Shown here piece by piece: positions 27,913 through 37,742 of a stretch of DNA of 64,000 nt. The position numbers were made by a program, and so were the translations under genes. Every line of letters starts with the position of its first letter. Position 1 is the first letter of the stretch. Where the stretch lies: the NCBI GenBank assembly GCA_965658895.1, contig CBFHUR010000004.1, positions 67,647-131,646 of the forward strand. Direction: 5' to 3'. The DNA comes from Candidatus Binatia bacterium (lineage in GTDB: Bacteria; Desulfobacterota; Binatia; UBA12015). The notes beneath the pieces were generated by a model. That model worked only from the letters and a program-made list of their open reading frames with translations. It ran no database searches and was not told the origin of the DNA.

Positions 27913-28811
27913 GCCCGCCCCCGCATGAGCCATCGGAAACCCTCGAAGACCCCTGTCCAGAGTGCACCTACCGTGGCTCCATCACCACGCAGCGCATAGA
28001 GAAGGCTGCTGGACATCACGAGTACGAAAAAGAAGGGCAGAAACAGCAAGAACGCGAGGAGTCCACCATGGTCCCAGCAAAGTCTCAGCTGGTTGCGCGT
28101 CTTGAGGCGGGCGGCATAAGGCTGCAATCCGGCAGTAAATCCCCGCATCCCGTCATGCAGAACAATCGCTCCGGGCACCACCCGGGGCCGGAAGCCTCGG
28201 GTCCGCGCACGCAGGCAATAATCGACCTCCTCGTAATACACGAGTAGATCTTCCCGGTAGGGGCCCACCTGACCAAAGCAACTCGCGGTTGCCAGAATGG
28301 CCGAACCCATGATCCCGCCAACTGTGTAGGAAGCCTCGGCCTTGCGGCGCACACGCAACAAAGCCCGGGGGACTGCCAGCGACCAGGCGGCGTAGTTCTC
28401 CCCGAGAGAAAGGGGCCGGCGATCGCCAAGGTCCAGCAAGGCGGGCCCTACCAGACCTGCCTCGGGATGATCGTCGGCGTCACGCACCAATCGCGCGATA
28501 CAATCAGGCTCGATGATGGTGTCGTTGTTCAGGAAAAACAGATGCGTCGCGTTTTGCTCCATGGCATGCAAGGCGCCTGCGTTAATGCCTCCGGCGAAAT
28601 GACCGTTGCTCGGAAGCAGGAGGATCTCAACATCTTCCGCATCGCCCCAGTCCGCCTGCAAGCGATCTCTCTCCGGCGCCGCCGAGGCATTATCCACGAT
28701 AATGATGCGCGGCCTTACCCCACGACTCTCCCGCAGGGAAGCCACACAGGCATGCGTCACTTCCCCCCCATTGAAATTGACGACCACCGCAAATACCCGG
28801 GCGTCGTTCAT
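27909..28811 (-). CDS. GT2 family glycosyltransferase
   Basis: FAVVVNFNGG...IIVDNASA...FLNNDT and YYEEVDYCLRA. The ATG at 28811 overlaps the upstream stop (ATGA). Confidence 0.75.
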   Translation of the reverse strand: MNDARVFAVVVNFNGGEVTHACVASLRESRGVRPRIIIVDNASAAPERDRLQADWGDAEDVEILLLPSNGHFAGGINAGALHAMEQNATHLFFLNNDTIIEPDCIARLVRDADDHPEAGLVGPALLDLGDRRPLSLGENYAAWSLAVPRALLRVRRKAEASYTVGGIMGSAILATASCFGQVGPYREDLLVYYEEVDYCLRARTRGFRPRVVPGAIVLHDGMRGFTAGLQPYAARLKTRNQLRLCWDHGGLLAFLLFLPFFFVLVMSSSLLYALRGDGATVGALWTGVFEGFRWLMRGRA

Positions 28812-29959
28812 GCCGGTGTCGGCGCCTCCGCGCTCCCGAAGCTCAGCGTCTGACGCCAACGCTGCGCGCGCACCTGCGGCCCCGCAGACACCAGCACTTC
28901 GGCTGCGGCCGTGCGCGCCATCTGTCGGCCCGCCGCAGGCTCTTCGGCCAGATCGCGGAGGGTCGCCACCAGGGCATCGCTTGAGGACGCAATGGTCATC
29001 AGGGATTCACCCGGAACGAAAATCTCGCGGATCGCCGGCGTATCCAACGTCACCACCGGGCACCCCGTCTGAGCCGCCTGATAGATCTTGTTCGGGATCA
29101 CCATATGCGCCTTGGCCGAAGTACCGAAAATACCCAACGCCACGTCCGAGACTCGCAGTTGCCCGACCAATTCTTCCTGCGGCATCCAATCCTCGAGCGT
29201 CACGTGTGGCAAGCCACGAAACTGGCTCTCGACGCGCCCTCTCTCGGGCCCCGATCCGACGATCAAAAAGGCGATCCCCTCCTCGGGACGCAACTCGGCT
29301 GCAGCCGCCGCAACCACATCCATGCCATGCAGCGGTAAATAGCTGGAGTAGGCCAGAACCCGCAGGCGCGGACCCGGCTGCCACTCGAGCGGGCGTGAGG
29401 TCGGTGTCGTCTCGGGAGCGAATGCGGACTCAGCCCCCAGATAGTGAACCCGGATCCTGTCTGCCGGCACGCCCAGTTCGGCGACCAGGTAATCGGCGTG
29501 GGCCTGGGTATCGATGACCACGATATCGGCCGCCATCAGCGTCCAACGGTCCAACTCCTGAAACATCCGCGCCGGCAGAGAGTCCGGGGCATAGAGACCC
29601 CGGTCCTCGACCAGGGTCTCGCTCACGGTGACCAGAGGAGCAAAGACCACCGGACGCCCACCGGCCAGCAAGCGCGCCAGCAGGACATCGAGTTGTCCAT
29701 TAAATCCGACCACGATGACCTCGGCCCCGGCCGCAGCATACCGAAACCGCAGAGCCAGACGAAAAGCTGCCAGGATCCAACGCAGGCCGAGCACCAACAA
29801 GCCGGATATGGCGAAGTACGAGTCCTGCTTGTCGCGGGTCTCCTCCCACAGGGGTTCGTGACAGATACGCAATTCCGCACCGGACGCGCGTAATTCCTCG
29901 GCGAGAAGAATATTCGCCGCATGTCGGGAATTGAAAGTCCCGAAGAGAACCGCTGTCAC
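28808..29959 (-). CDS. GT4-like (GT-B fold) glycosyltransferase
   Basis: The C-terminal half reads GIFGTSAKAHMVIPNKIYQAAQTGCPVV. A GTG start at 29959 forms a GTGA overlap with the upstream stop. The long ATG ORF start at 30280 would overlap the upstream gene by 325 nt. Confidence 0.7.
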   Translation of the reverse strand: MTAVLFGTFNSRHAANILLAEELRASGAELRICHEPLWEETRDKQDSYFAISGLLVLGLRWILAAFRLALRFRYAAAGAEVIVVGFNGQLDVLLARLLAGGRPVVFAPLVTVSETLVEDRGLYAPDSLPARMFQELDRWTLMAADIVVIDTQAHADYLVAELGVPADRIRVHYLGAESAFAPETTPTSRPLEWQPGPRLRVLAYSSYLPLHGMDVVAAAAAELRPEEGIAFLIVGSGPERGRVESQFRGLPHVTLEDWMPQEELVGQLRVSDVALGIFGTSAKAHMVIPNKIYQAAQTGCPVVTLDTPAIREIFVPGESLMTIASSSDALVATLRDLAEEPAAGRQMARTAAAEVLVSAGPQVRAQRWRQTLSFGSAEAPTPA

Positions 29960-30984
29960 CGGCGGCCCTTTTCCGGTTCGGAGGAGGCCTCCGCAAGCGA
30001 TTGGGTCGAGGCATGGTAGCCGGGCTCGAGATCCGGCGTCTCTCCGGCACTTAATTCCAGCTTGCGCACGCGCAGAAGCGTATCTTCGATCAAGCTCCGA
30101 TTGGCGGCGATCAAATCGGCAATCAGACCCATCAGAATGGTCTGGACACCGATAATCGACAAGGCCGATCCGATAATCAGGGACTGGATCAATCCCTGAG
30201 GTCCATAGAGCACCGAGTAGACCCCGAAGCGAACAAAGAGAAGAAAGCCGACGCCGAGCATCAAGAGGCCGAGGCTCCAAAACACGCGGATCGGCTCGTA
30301 GAGAGAATAGATCCGGACGAGAGTCACCAGCGACCGACGCAGGTAGCTGGGCATGCTGCGAAACAGGCGGGAAGGACGCGTCTCGCGCGTTCGCACCGGC
30401 ACGTAGGCAACTGAAATCTGTTTCTTCCCCGCCTGCACGAGGGTCTCGAGCGTGTAGGTGAAATCCGAGATCACATTCAACTGCAGAGCGGCGCGACGGT
30501 CGAAGGCACGGAACCCGCTGGCGGCATCCGGCACCTCGGTTCCCGACAGTCCGCGCACCACCCAGCTCCCGTAGTTCTGCAGGAAGCGCTTCAGGGGCGA
30601 GAAATGCTGGATTCGGCCCGGAGCACGATCGCCGACCACCATATCAGCCTGGCCGAGCAGAATTGGTTGGATCAGCGCCGGTATATCGTCTGCTTCGTAT
30701 TGATTATCCGCATCCGTATTGACAATGATGTCGGCACCGAGCTTGAGCGCGGCATCGATTCCTGCAGAAAACGCCCGCGCGAGGCCCTGATTCTCGGGAA
30801 ATCGCACCACATGATCGACCCCTGCCTCCCGCGCCACGCGAATGGTATCGTCCCGGGAACCATCATCCACGATCAGAATTTCGATCGTATCGACACCGGG
30901 AATTTCCCTTGGTAGCGCTGAGATGGTTTCGGGGAGACTATCCTCTTCATTGAGGCAGGGAATCTGGATGATCAACTTGGGCAT
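29956..30984 (-). CDS. GT2 polyprenyl-phosphate glycosyltransferase with C-terminal TM helices (GtrB/ArnC-like)
   Basis: IQIPCLNEE...VDDGSRDDT...DADNQYE plus two C-terminal TM helices (VFWSLGLLMLGVGFLLF, IIGSALSIIGVQTILMGLI) give the GtrB architecture. Confidence 0.8.
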   Translation of the reverse strand: MPKLIIQIPCLNEEDSLPETISALPREIPGVDTIEILIVDDGSRDDTIRVAREAGVDHVVRFPENQGLARAFSAGIDAALKLGADIIVNTDADNQYEADDIPALIQPILLGQADMVVGDRAPGRIQHFSPLKRFLQNYGSWVVRGLSGTEVPDAASGFRAFDRRAALQLNVISDFTYTLETLVQAGKKQISVAYVPVRTRETRPSRLFRSMPSYLRRSLVTLVRIYSLYEPIRVFWSLGLLMLGVGFLLFVRFGVYSVLYGPQGLIQSLIIGSALSIIGVQTILMGLIADLIAANRSLIEDTLLRVRKLELSAGETPDLEPGYHASTQSLAEASSEPEKGRR

Positions 30985-32392
30985 GAACGACCCTAAAATC
31001 GGCAGAAAGACTCAATTTCGTAAGGAAGTTGCACCATCGCTGCCGCCGAGACAGCACAACCTATACCGCTTGCTTTCACCACGCGGCCTCCGTTGTCAAT
31101 GTGCTTTCCTCTGTCTCCTGCTTCTGGGGTGCCTCGGAGGCCCGCCGGAAACCACCACAACCGGGGCCCAGGCCACGCCCGGGGCCTCGCCGGCGCCGGA
31201 ACCCGCCGAAGTGCTGAAAACCGTGGTGCTGCGGGCATCCTTCCCCGAATTGACGTCGATCGGCAAACGACGCCGGTTCACAAATGCCGAAGAAACCGGG
31301 CTCATCGACCGGCTCAGCCTATATCTCACCGAGGCATCACGCGGACAGCTCCGACTCGAGGCCACCGTCAGCAACAAGATCTACCCCCTGCCCCGCCCAC
31401 GAAAGAGCTACGTCAGCAAACCCGCGCATATGTTGCGCGATGCTCTGGCGTTGGCCGATCGGCCGGCACCCGCAGGCGAACGGGACATGATCGAGGCCGC
31501 GGATGCGGATCTGGTCATTCTCTTCTTCGCCGGCCCGGCGGCCGAAACCGATATGAAACTGGCGTTTCGCGGAAAGCTCCCCTGGTCCAACGCCGTGGCC
31601 TCTCTGCGCTATACCCTTACCAACGGGCAACGGATCCAGAATGGCGTCGTTGTCGGAGAGAACCCGCTCGCCAAGCTCGATCCCTTCGGCGTTCTCTGCC
31701 ACGAAGTCGGCCATATTCTGGGCTGGCCGGAACTCTATGCGCCCAACAAGCCCCACGAAGGCATCGGCGTCTGGGGATTGATGGGTCAGGGGACCTGGGT
31801 CGGGATGGGCAAGGCCCCACCCCATCCGTCGGCTTACGCCAAGCTGATGTCCGGCTGGGTCGACGCACGTGTGATCGAAACCAGTGAGTCGGTGGAACTT
31901 CCCGCGGTGCAGACCAGCGGCGAGGTCATCAAGATTTTTGCTCGGGGGCCCAAATATCCGCGAGAATATTTTCTGATCGAGAACCGACAGAAGATCGGTT
32001 TCGACCGCTCCTTGCGAGGCGATGGTTTGCTCATCTGGCACATCGACGAGCGACGGACGAGCTTTCGGCGCTCGCAGGATATCCCCACCCACAAACGCGT
32101 CGACCTTCTCACCGCGGACTCCTGGCCCTCACATCTGGATCTCGGCCACCGCAATGGCGGCAACCGCGGCGATGCGGGCGACCCCTGGTCAGATCGGAAG
32201 GAAGGGCCCGGACCCGGCACCCTGCCAGGAACGGGCAGCTATGACGGCACCCCCGGACGCTTCGCCATCCGCAATATCTCGCCGTCGGGCGAAACCATGT
32301 CCTTTGATATCGAGTTCCTGCCCGAGACCACCCCGGACACCAGCGCGCCGGCGGGTCCAACCGATATCAACGCGTCAGAGGACGATACTTGA
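30983..32392 (+). CDS. M6 family zinc metalloprotease (immune inhibitor A / PrtV-like), probable lipoprotein
   Basis: HEVGHILG is the HExxH zinc site. The M6-like block LIWHIDE is present. The likely true start is the TTG at 31070, giving [21 protein letters not shown] with lipobox LLGC. The ATG at 30983 is back-to-back with the divergent gene start. Confidence 0.75.
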   Translation: MNDPKIGRKTQFRKEVAPSLPPRQHNLYRLLSPRGLRCQCAFLCLLLLGCLGGPPETTTTGAQATPGASPAPEPAEVLKTVVLRASFPELTSIGKRRRFTNAEETGLIDRLSLYLTEASRGQLRLEATVSNKIYPLPRPRKSYVSKPAHMLRDALALADRPAPAGERDMIEAADADLVILFFAGPAAETDMKLAFRGKLPWSNAVASLRYTLTNGQRIQNGVVVGENPLAKLDPFGVLCHEVGHILGWPELYAPNKPHEGIGVWGLMGQGTWVGMGKAPPHPSAYAKLMSGWVDARVIETSESVELPAVQTSGEVIKIFARGPKYPREYFLIENRQKIGFDRSLRGDGLLIWHIDERRTSFRRSQDIPTHKRVDLLTADSWPSHLDLGHRNGGNRGDAGDPWSDRKEGPGPGTLPGTGSYDGTPGRFAIRNISPSGETMSFDIEFLPETTPDTSAPAGPTDINASEDDT

Positions 32393-34043
32393 TGCGTTGT
32401 GGCTGATCGGCGGCCGCCCCGAGTCGACGTTTTCGATCCGCCTCGTATTGCTCGTAGTTTCCCTCGAACCACTCAACGTGACTGTCGCCCTCGAACGCCA
32501 GAATATGGGTCGCAATTCGGTCGAGGAACCAACGATCGTGACTGATCACCACCGCGCAGCCAGCAAACTCCAGCAGCGCCTCTTCCAAAGATCGCAGAGT
32601 CTCGACATCAAGATCATTTGTCGGTTCATCCAGAAGCAGCAGATTGCCGCCACTGCGCACGAGCTTGGCCAGATGAACCCGATTGCGTTCCCCGCCCGAG
32701 AGTTGGCCAACCTTCTTTTGCTGATCGGGGCCCTTGAAATTGAATTGGCCCACATACGCCCGCGAGGCCATCTCGCGCGTGCCCACCTGAATGCGGTCGG
32801 CCCCTTCGGAGATTTCTTCCCAGACGTTCTTGTCGGGATTGAGCGCATCGCGCGCCTGATCCACATAGGAGAGCTGGACGGTCTCGCCGACTTCCAAACT
32901 GCCGGCATCCGGCTGATCCAGCCCGGCGAGCATCCGGAAGAGTGTTGATTTGCCGGCACCGTTGGGACCGATCACGCCCACGATGCCACCAGGGGGCAGG
33001 GAGAAATTCAGCCCCTCGATCAGTTGGCGGTCCCCGAATCCCTTGGCCAGATCTCGGGCTTCAATGACTTGATTGCCCAGCCTTTGCGCGACCGGGATAT
33101 AGATCTCGCCCTTCTGCTCTCGCGCCAGCCCGTCATCGGCCGCCAATTTCTCGTAGGCCGCGATCCGTGCCTTGCTCTTGGCCTGGCGTGCCTTGGGGGC
33201 CATCCGAACCCACTCCAGTTCGCGCGCCAATGTCTGCCGACGCGCACTGGCCTGCTTTTCTTCGGAGGCCAGACGATCCTGCTTCTGCTCCAACCAGGAC
33301 GAGTAATTCCCCTCCCAGGGGATTCCCCGGCCGCGGTCGAGTTCGAGAATCCATCCGGCGCAATTGTCGAGAAAATAACGATCATGAGTGACCGCAACGA
33401 CCGTGCCCGTATATTCGGAAAGAAACCTCTCAAGCCACGCGACAGATTCCGCATCGAGATGATTGGTCGGCTCGTCGAGCAGCAGCATGTCCGGGGCCTG
33501 AAGGAGCAATCGGCAAAGGGCCACGCGACGCTGCTCTCCACCGGAGAGGTGCTCGCATGAGGTCTCCCCATCCGGACAGCGCAAGGCTTCCATGGCCATT
33601 TCCACCTTGGAGTCCAGCTCCCAGGCGCCAGCGGCGTCGATCTGATCCTGCACGCGCGCCTGTTCGTCGAGAAGCTTCTGCATCTCGTCATCGTCCGAGA
33701 CCTCGCCAAACGCCATCGAGATATCCTCGAATCGCTGCAGGAGCGCTCTGGTTTCGGCAACGCCTTCCTCGACAATTTCGCGGACGGTCCGGGTCGGGTC
33801 CAGTTCGGGCTCTTGTGGCAGAAAACCGATCCGCGTCCCCTCGGCGGGCTTTGCTTCGCCGACAAATTCGTCATCGAGCCCCGCCATGATCCGCAGGACG
33901 GTGCTTTTGCCCGAACCGTTGAGACCGAGCACACCGATCTTGGCGCCGTGAAAGAAGGAGAGCGAAACACCGTCGACAATCGTCTTGCCCTGCGGGGTGA
34001 CCTTCTTGAGGTTCTGCATGGTGTATATGAAGTTTTGCGCCAC
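32367..34043 (-). CDS. ettA: Energy-dependent translational throttle protein EttA (ABC-F ATPase)
   Basis: Two ABC cassettes ([18 protein letters not shown]; [16 protein letters not shown]) and the arm/linker typical of ABC-F. The N-terminus [12 protein letters not shown] matches the EttA family. Confidence 0.9.
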   Translation of the reverse strand: MAQNFIYTMQNLKKVTPQGKTIVDGVSLSFFHGAKIGVLGLNGSGKSTVLRIMAGLDDEFVGEAKPAEGTRIGFLPQEPELDPTRTVREIVEEGVAETRALLQRFEDISMAFGEVSDDDEMQKLLDEQARVQDQIDAAGAWELDSKVEMAMEALRCPDGETSCEHLSGGEQRRVALCRLLLQAPDMLLLDEPTNHLDAESVAWLERFLSEYTGTVVAVTHDRYFLDNCAGWILELDRGRGIPWEGNYSSWLEQKQDRLASEEKQASARRQTLARELEWVRMAPKARQAKSKARIAAYEKLAADDGLAREQKGEIYIPVAQRLGNQVIEARDLAKGFGDRQLIEGLNFSLPPGGIVGVIGPNGAGKSTLFRMLAGLDQPDAGSLEVGETVQLSYVDQARDALNPDKNVWEEISEGADRIQVGTREMASRAYVGQFNFKGPDQQKKVGQLSGGERNRVHLAKLVRSGGNLLLLDEPTNDLDVETLRSLEEALLEFAGCAVVISHDRWFLDRIATHILAFEGDSHVEWFEGNYEQYEADRKRRLGAAADQPQRIKYRPLTR

Positions 34044-34168
34044 GGACTTTCTCTCCCAGCTTCGATTGTTCGAATTTCGGTCCCGCGTTACACTCCCGGC
34101 GAGCGGAGAGCGAATCGTGCACCAGCGAGCCTCGCCTCTGATTTCTACCAGAAGGAAGGAAGAGTCTC

Positions 34169-34516
34169 ATGGGGCGCCGGGAGAATCGTCAGCGGCAACA
34201 AGATGCCGCGGGTCAGGTATTGGAGAAAATCTTCCGCGCCTGCACGCCCGGGCTCTCCTACCGCCTCTGGGATGGCTCGGAGGGCCATGTCGGCCAGCCC
34301 GACGATTCCTTCCGCATCGTCATTCGCGATCCGGACACCTTTCGCGGCGCACTGGCCAGCGGCAACACCAGTGAGCTCGCGACCGCGTTTGTCGAGCAGC
34401 GGATCGATATTGAAGGAGATCTGATGGCCTGCCTGCGGATCGCCAACCAACTTGAGGGCGTCTCGCTCCACTGGACCGAAAAACTCCATTTATGGTGGCT
34501 CCTGAGGAAGATCTGA
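34169..34516 (+). CDS. SCP2 (sterol carrier protein 2)-like lipid-binding domain protein
   Basis: 115 aa with an ATAFVEQRIDIEGDLMACLRIANQL block resembling the SCP2/UbiT fold. It is first in an overlapping three-gene operon. Confidence 0.45.
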   Translation: MGRRENRQRQQDAAGQVLEKIFRACTPGLSYRLWDGSEGHVGQPDDSFRIVIRDPDTFRGALASGNTSELATAFVEQRIDIEGDLMACLRIANQLEGVSLHWTEKLHLWWLLRKI

Positions 34517-35629
34517 ATGGAGCATTACGACGTGATCGTGATCGGCGGCGGTCCCGCCGGCGCCACCGCGGCCCGAACGCTGGCGGAGGCCGGGACCCGC
34601 GTATTGGTTCTCGACAGCGCATCTTTCCCCAGAGTGAAGCTATGCGCCGGCTGGGTCACTCCACAGGTCTGGGAGACGCTGGAGATCGCTCCCGCGGACT
34701 ATCCTGGCACGCTCCAGCCTTTCTCCCGGGCGACACTCGCACTCGGAGGGCGCGTGCGCGAAACACGCTGGGCCCGCACGGTGAGCTACGGCATCCTTCG
34801 TCGCGAATTCGATCACTATCTTCTGCAACGCGCGGAGGCAGCGGGCGCCGAGGTCCGCACCGGCATCCGGGTCGGTCGTTTGCGCCGGGAAGCCGATTGC
34901 TGGCGCGTGCCGGTAGACGATCGCGAAGTATCAGCAGCCCGGCTCATCGGGGCCGGTGGCCATCAATGTCCCGTAGCCCGCAGCATGGATGCGATCGATC
35001 CCGCAGAGACTGTGGTCATGGCCCGCGAGAGCGAGACCCGACTGGATTCCATCCAAATCGCGCGGATCACACAAACGCCGGGCATTCCCGAGCTGATCGT
35101 TGAGGAAGACCTCAACGGCTACGGCTGGGTGTTCAGCAAGGGAAATTTCCTCAATGTAGGATTTGGCTGCGTCGACCACGGGCGAGGCCTGAACCAGAGG
35201 TGCAAGGATTTTCAGCAACGCCTCGTCCGGCAAGGCCGGCTACCGGCCGAGATCGAGCTGGAACCCTTTCGCGGGCACGCCTATGCCGTGCGAATGCAGG
35301 GGGCGCGCCGCCCGGCCGGGGACGGATGGCTTCTGGTGGGCGACGCCGCCGGACTGGCCCGACCACTGAGTGGCGAAGGCATCGGCCCCGCGGTCCTCAG
35401 CGCACGACTGGCGGCATCCAGCATCCTCGAGGCCACCACCGAACGCTACCCCGACCAACTCGCGAAAGAATTCGGCCCCGGAGAACCAGGCCGCATCGGG
35501 GGATGGGTCGGCCAACTCCCCCGTGCCGCGCTCAATGGCATGGGGCGAGTCGTCTGCCATCAGCCCCACCTTCGTCGCAGATTGGTTTTCGAGGGCGCCT
35601 TCGGCATGCGCGTGGAACAGCAACCATGA
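34517..35629 (+). CDS. FAD-dependent oxidoreductase, geranylgeranyl-reductase family
   Basis: N-terminal dinucleotide fold YDVIVIGGGPAGATAAR, LIGAGGHQCPVAR, and GD motif LLVGDAAGLARPLSGEGIG. Confidence 0.75.
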   Translation: MEHYDVIVIGGGPAGATAARTLAEAGTRVLVLDSASFPRVKLCAGWVTPQVWETLEIAPADYPGTLQPFSRATLALGGRVRETRWARTVSYGILRREFDHYLLQRAEAAGAEVRTGIRVGRLRREADCWRVPVDDREVSAARLIGAGGHQCPVARSMDAIDPAETVVMARESETRLDSIQIARITQTPGIPELIVEEDLNGYGWVFSKGNFLNVGFGCVDHGRGLNQRCKDFQQRLVRQGRLPAEIELEPFRGHAYAVRMQGARRPAGDGWLLVGDAAGLARPLSGEGIGPAVLSARLAASSILEATTERYPDQLAKEFGPGEPGRIGGWVGQLPRAALNGMGRVVCHQPHLRRRLVFEGAFGMRVEQQP

Positions 35630-36627
35630 CAGCGACTTCCCTCAAGCCGCCTGCCACCCGGAGTGACGCGAACCGCTCGGACCCGAAACAGGCCCTGCCA
35701 AAGCAGGCCGCCCGGCGTGCCATCGCCCACCATTATGACCTCTCCAACGAATTTTATGCCCTCTTCCTCGACCCGGAGATGGTCTATACCTGCGCCTGGT
35801 ACCGCGACCCCGACGCGGACCTTGCACAAGCACAACTCGACAAGTTGGAACTCATCTGCCGCAAGCTCGACCTACGCGAGGGCGATCGGCTTCTGGATAT
35901 CGGCTGCGGCTGGGGAAGCCTGGCTCGCTATGCCGCCCGCACCCGCAAGGTTGAAGTGCTCGGTGTGACCCTCTCGGAACAACAGGCGGTTCTGGCCAGC
36001 GAGCGCATCCGCGCAGAATCTCTCGAACAAACCTGTCGCGTGGAGTTCCGCGACTACCGTTCTCTCGGCACGGAACCAAAATTCAACAAGATCGCTGCCA
36101 TCGGGATCATCGAACATATCGGGCGCTCGAATTTTCGATCCTATTTCCGTCAGGTCCATGGGCTTCTCGAAGACGGTGGGTTGTTTCTCAACCATGGCAT
36201 CACGCGATTGCGCCACTGGACGCCCACCCCGCAATGGGACTTCCTTCTGGCCCATGTCTTTCCGGGCGGTGACCTGACGCATATCTCGCACCTCACCGAG
36301 GAGATGGAAGACGCGCGGTTCGAAATTCTCGATGTCGAAAATCTGCGCGCGCATTATGCCCGTACCTGCGCCGATTGGACCCAGAGCCTGCGGGCCGAGG
36401 AGAAAACCGCAATCGCGTTGGTGGGCACCCGGACCTATCGGACCTGGTTGCTCTATCTGGCTGCCTCGGCCGTCGCTTTTGAAGAAGGAAGCATATTCCT
36501 GCACCAAAGCCTCGCCCGAAAAAATGGCGAACGCGTCTGCCAGCCTACCAATCGTGCCGATCTTTATGCGAACTTTCCGGATCGCCCGGATCGCTCCGGT
36601 CGCCCCTCGCTCAGGCGGGACGATTGA
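35626..36627 (+). CDS. Cyclopropane-fatty-acyl-phospholipid synthase family SAM-dependent methyltransferase
   Basis: HYDLSNEFYALFLDPEMVYTCAWY and LLDIGCGWGSLARYAA are CFA/mycolic-acid methyltransferase signatures. The ATG at 35626 overlaps the upstream stop (ATGA). Confidence 0.8.
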   Translation: MTATSLKPPATRSDANRSDPKQALPKQAARRAIAHHYDLSNEFYALFLDPEMVYTCAWYRDPDADLAQAQLDKLELICRKLDLREGDRLLDIGCGWGSLARYAARTRKVEVLGVTLSEQQAVLASERIRAESLEQTCRVEFRDYRSLGTEPKFNKIAAIGIIEHIGRSNFRSYFRQVHGLLEDGGLFLNHGITRLRHWTPTPQWDFLLAHVFPGGDLTHISHLTEEMEDARFEILDVENLRAHYARTCADWTQSLRAEEKTAIALVGTRTYRTWLLYLAASAVAFEEGSIFLHQSLARKNGERVCQPTNRADLYANFPDRPDRSGRPSLRRDD

Positions 36628-37742
36628 GAACTTCGGAAAGGCTCTTCACGCAAAGCTCGACATGACCGACTGTCGACGACGTTCCCATCAGGCCGATCCG
36701 CCAGACCTTACCCGCCAGAGCGCCCAACCCGGCACCAATCTCCAGGTTATAGTCCGCCAACAGGGCCGCACGAACCTCGGCGTCCGCGACGCCCGCGGGG
36801 ATCGAAACCAGATTCAGCTGCGGCAGCCGCTCGTCGGCCGGGACCACGAAATCGATTCCGATTTTCTCCAGCCCGCTGCGGAGCAATTCATGATTGGCGC
36901 GATGCCGTGCCCAAGCCTCGGGCAAACCTTCTTCCTGCAACGCCAACAGCCCCTCATGCAGACCATATAATGCATTGACCGGAGCCGTATGATGGTAGGC
37001 GCGCTTTGCCCCCGCCGCCCAATATCCATCAAGCAGGGAGAGGTCGCCAAACCAACTCTGCACCGGTGCCTTGCGGGCACGCAGGCGCTCCATCGCGCGC
37101 TCCGAGAAGCTGACGGGAGACAATCCCGGAGGAACCGACAGACACTTCTGGGTGCCCGAGTAGACCGCATCGATCTCCCAATCATCGACCTCGACGGGGA
37201 CCCCACCCAGGGAGGTGACCGCATCCATAATCGTCAAACAACCGTGCTGTCGTGCGATCGCGGCAAGGCGCGCGGCATCCGAGAGGGCTCCGGTCGAAGT
37301 CTCGGCATGAACAAAGGCCACGAGCGAGGCTTCGGGGTGCTCGGCCAGAGCCTGCTCCAGCCCCGCGGGGCCGACCGCCCGCCCCCAGTCGTCCTCGACC
37401 ATGATCGGGATGCCGCCCATCCGCACCACATTCTCCTTCATGCGGCCTCCGAAGACCCCGTTCTGGCAAACCACCACGGTGTCGCCCGGTTCCACGAGGT
37501 TTGCAAAACAGGTCTCCATACCAATCGAGCCCGGCCCGGAGATCGGCAGGGTCATCGCGTTCTCGGTACGAAAGGTGGCTCGGAGGAGATCCTTGAGTTC
37601 ATCCATCATTCCGACAAACGCCGGATCGAGATGCCCAATGGTCGGGCGCGCCATTGCCTCGAGAACACGCGGACTGACGTCCGAGGGGCCGGGGCCCATC
37701 AGCACACGGGTGGGTGGGGCAAAGGAATGGATTTCTTTCATC
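36611..37742 (-). CDS. Class V aminotransferase (serine-pyruvate / alanine-glyoxylate aminotransferase-like)
   Basis: LMGPGPS N-terminus and a PLP-lysine block SGTQKCLSVPPGLSPVSFS. Start is taken at MKEIHSF (ATG 37742). Confidence 0.8.

Noticed and set aside
36611-37742. Class V aminotransferase as a candidate EgtE/Egt2-type C-S lyase for the egtDB fusion
   Set aside because: The sequence looks like a serine-pyruvate/alanine-glyoxylate aminotransferase (SGTQKCL PLP site, LMGPGPS N-terminus). It is 3.3 kb away on the opposite strand and separated by ligA and hsp20. There is no positive evidence.
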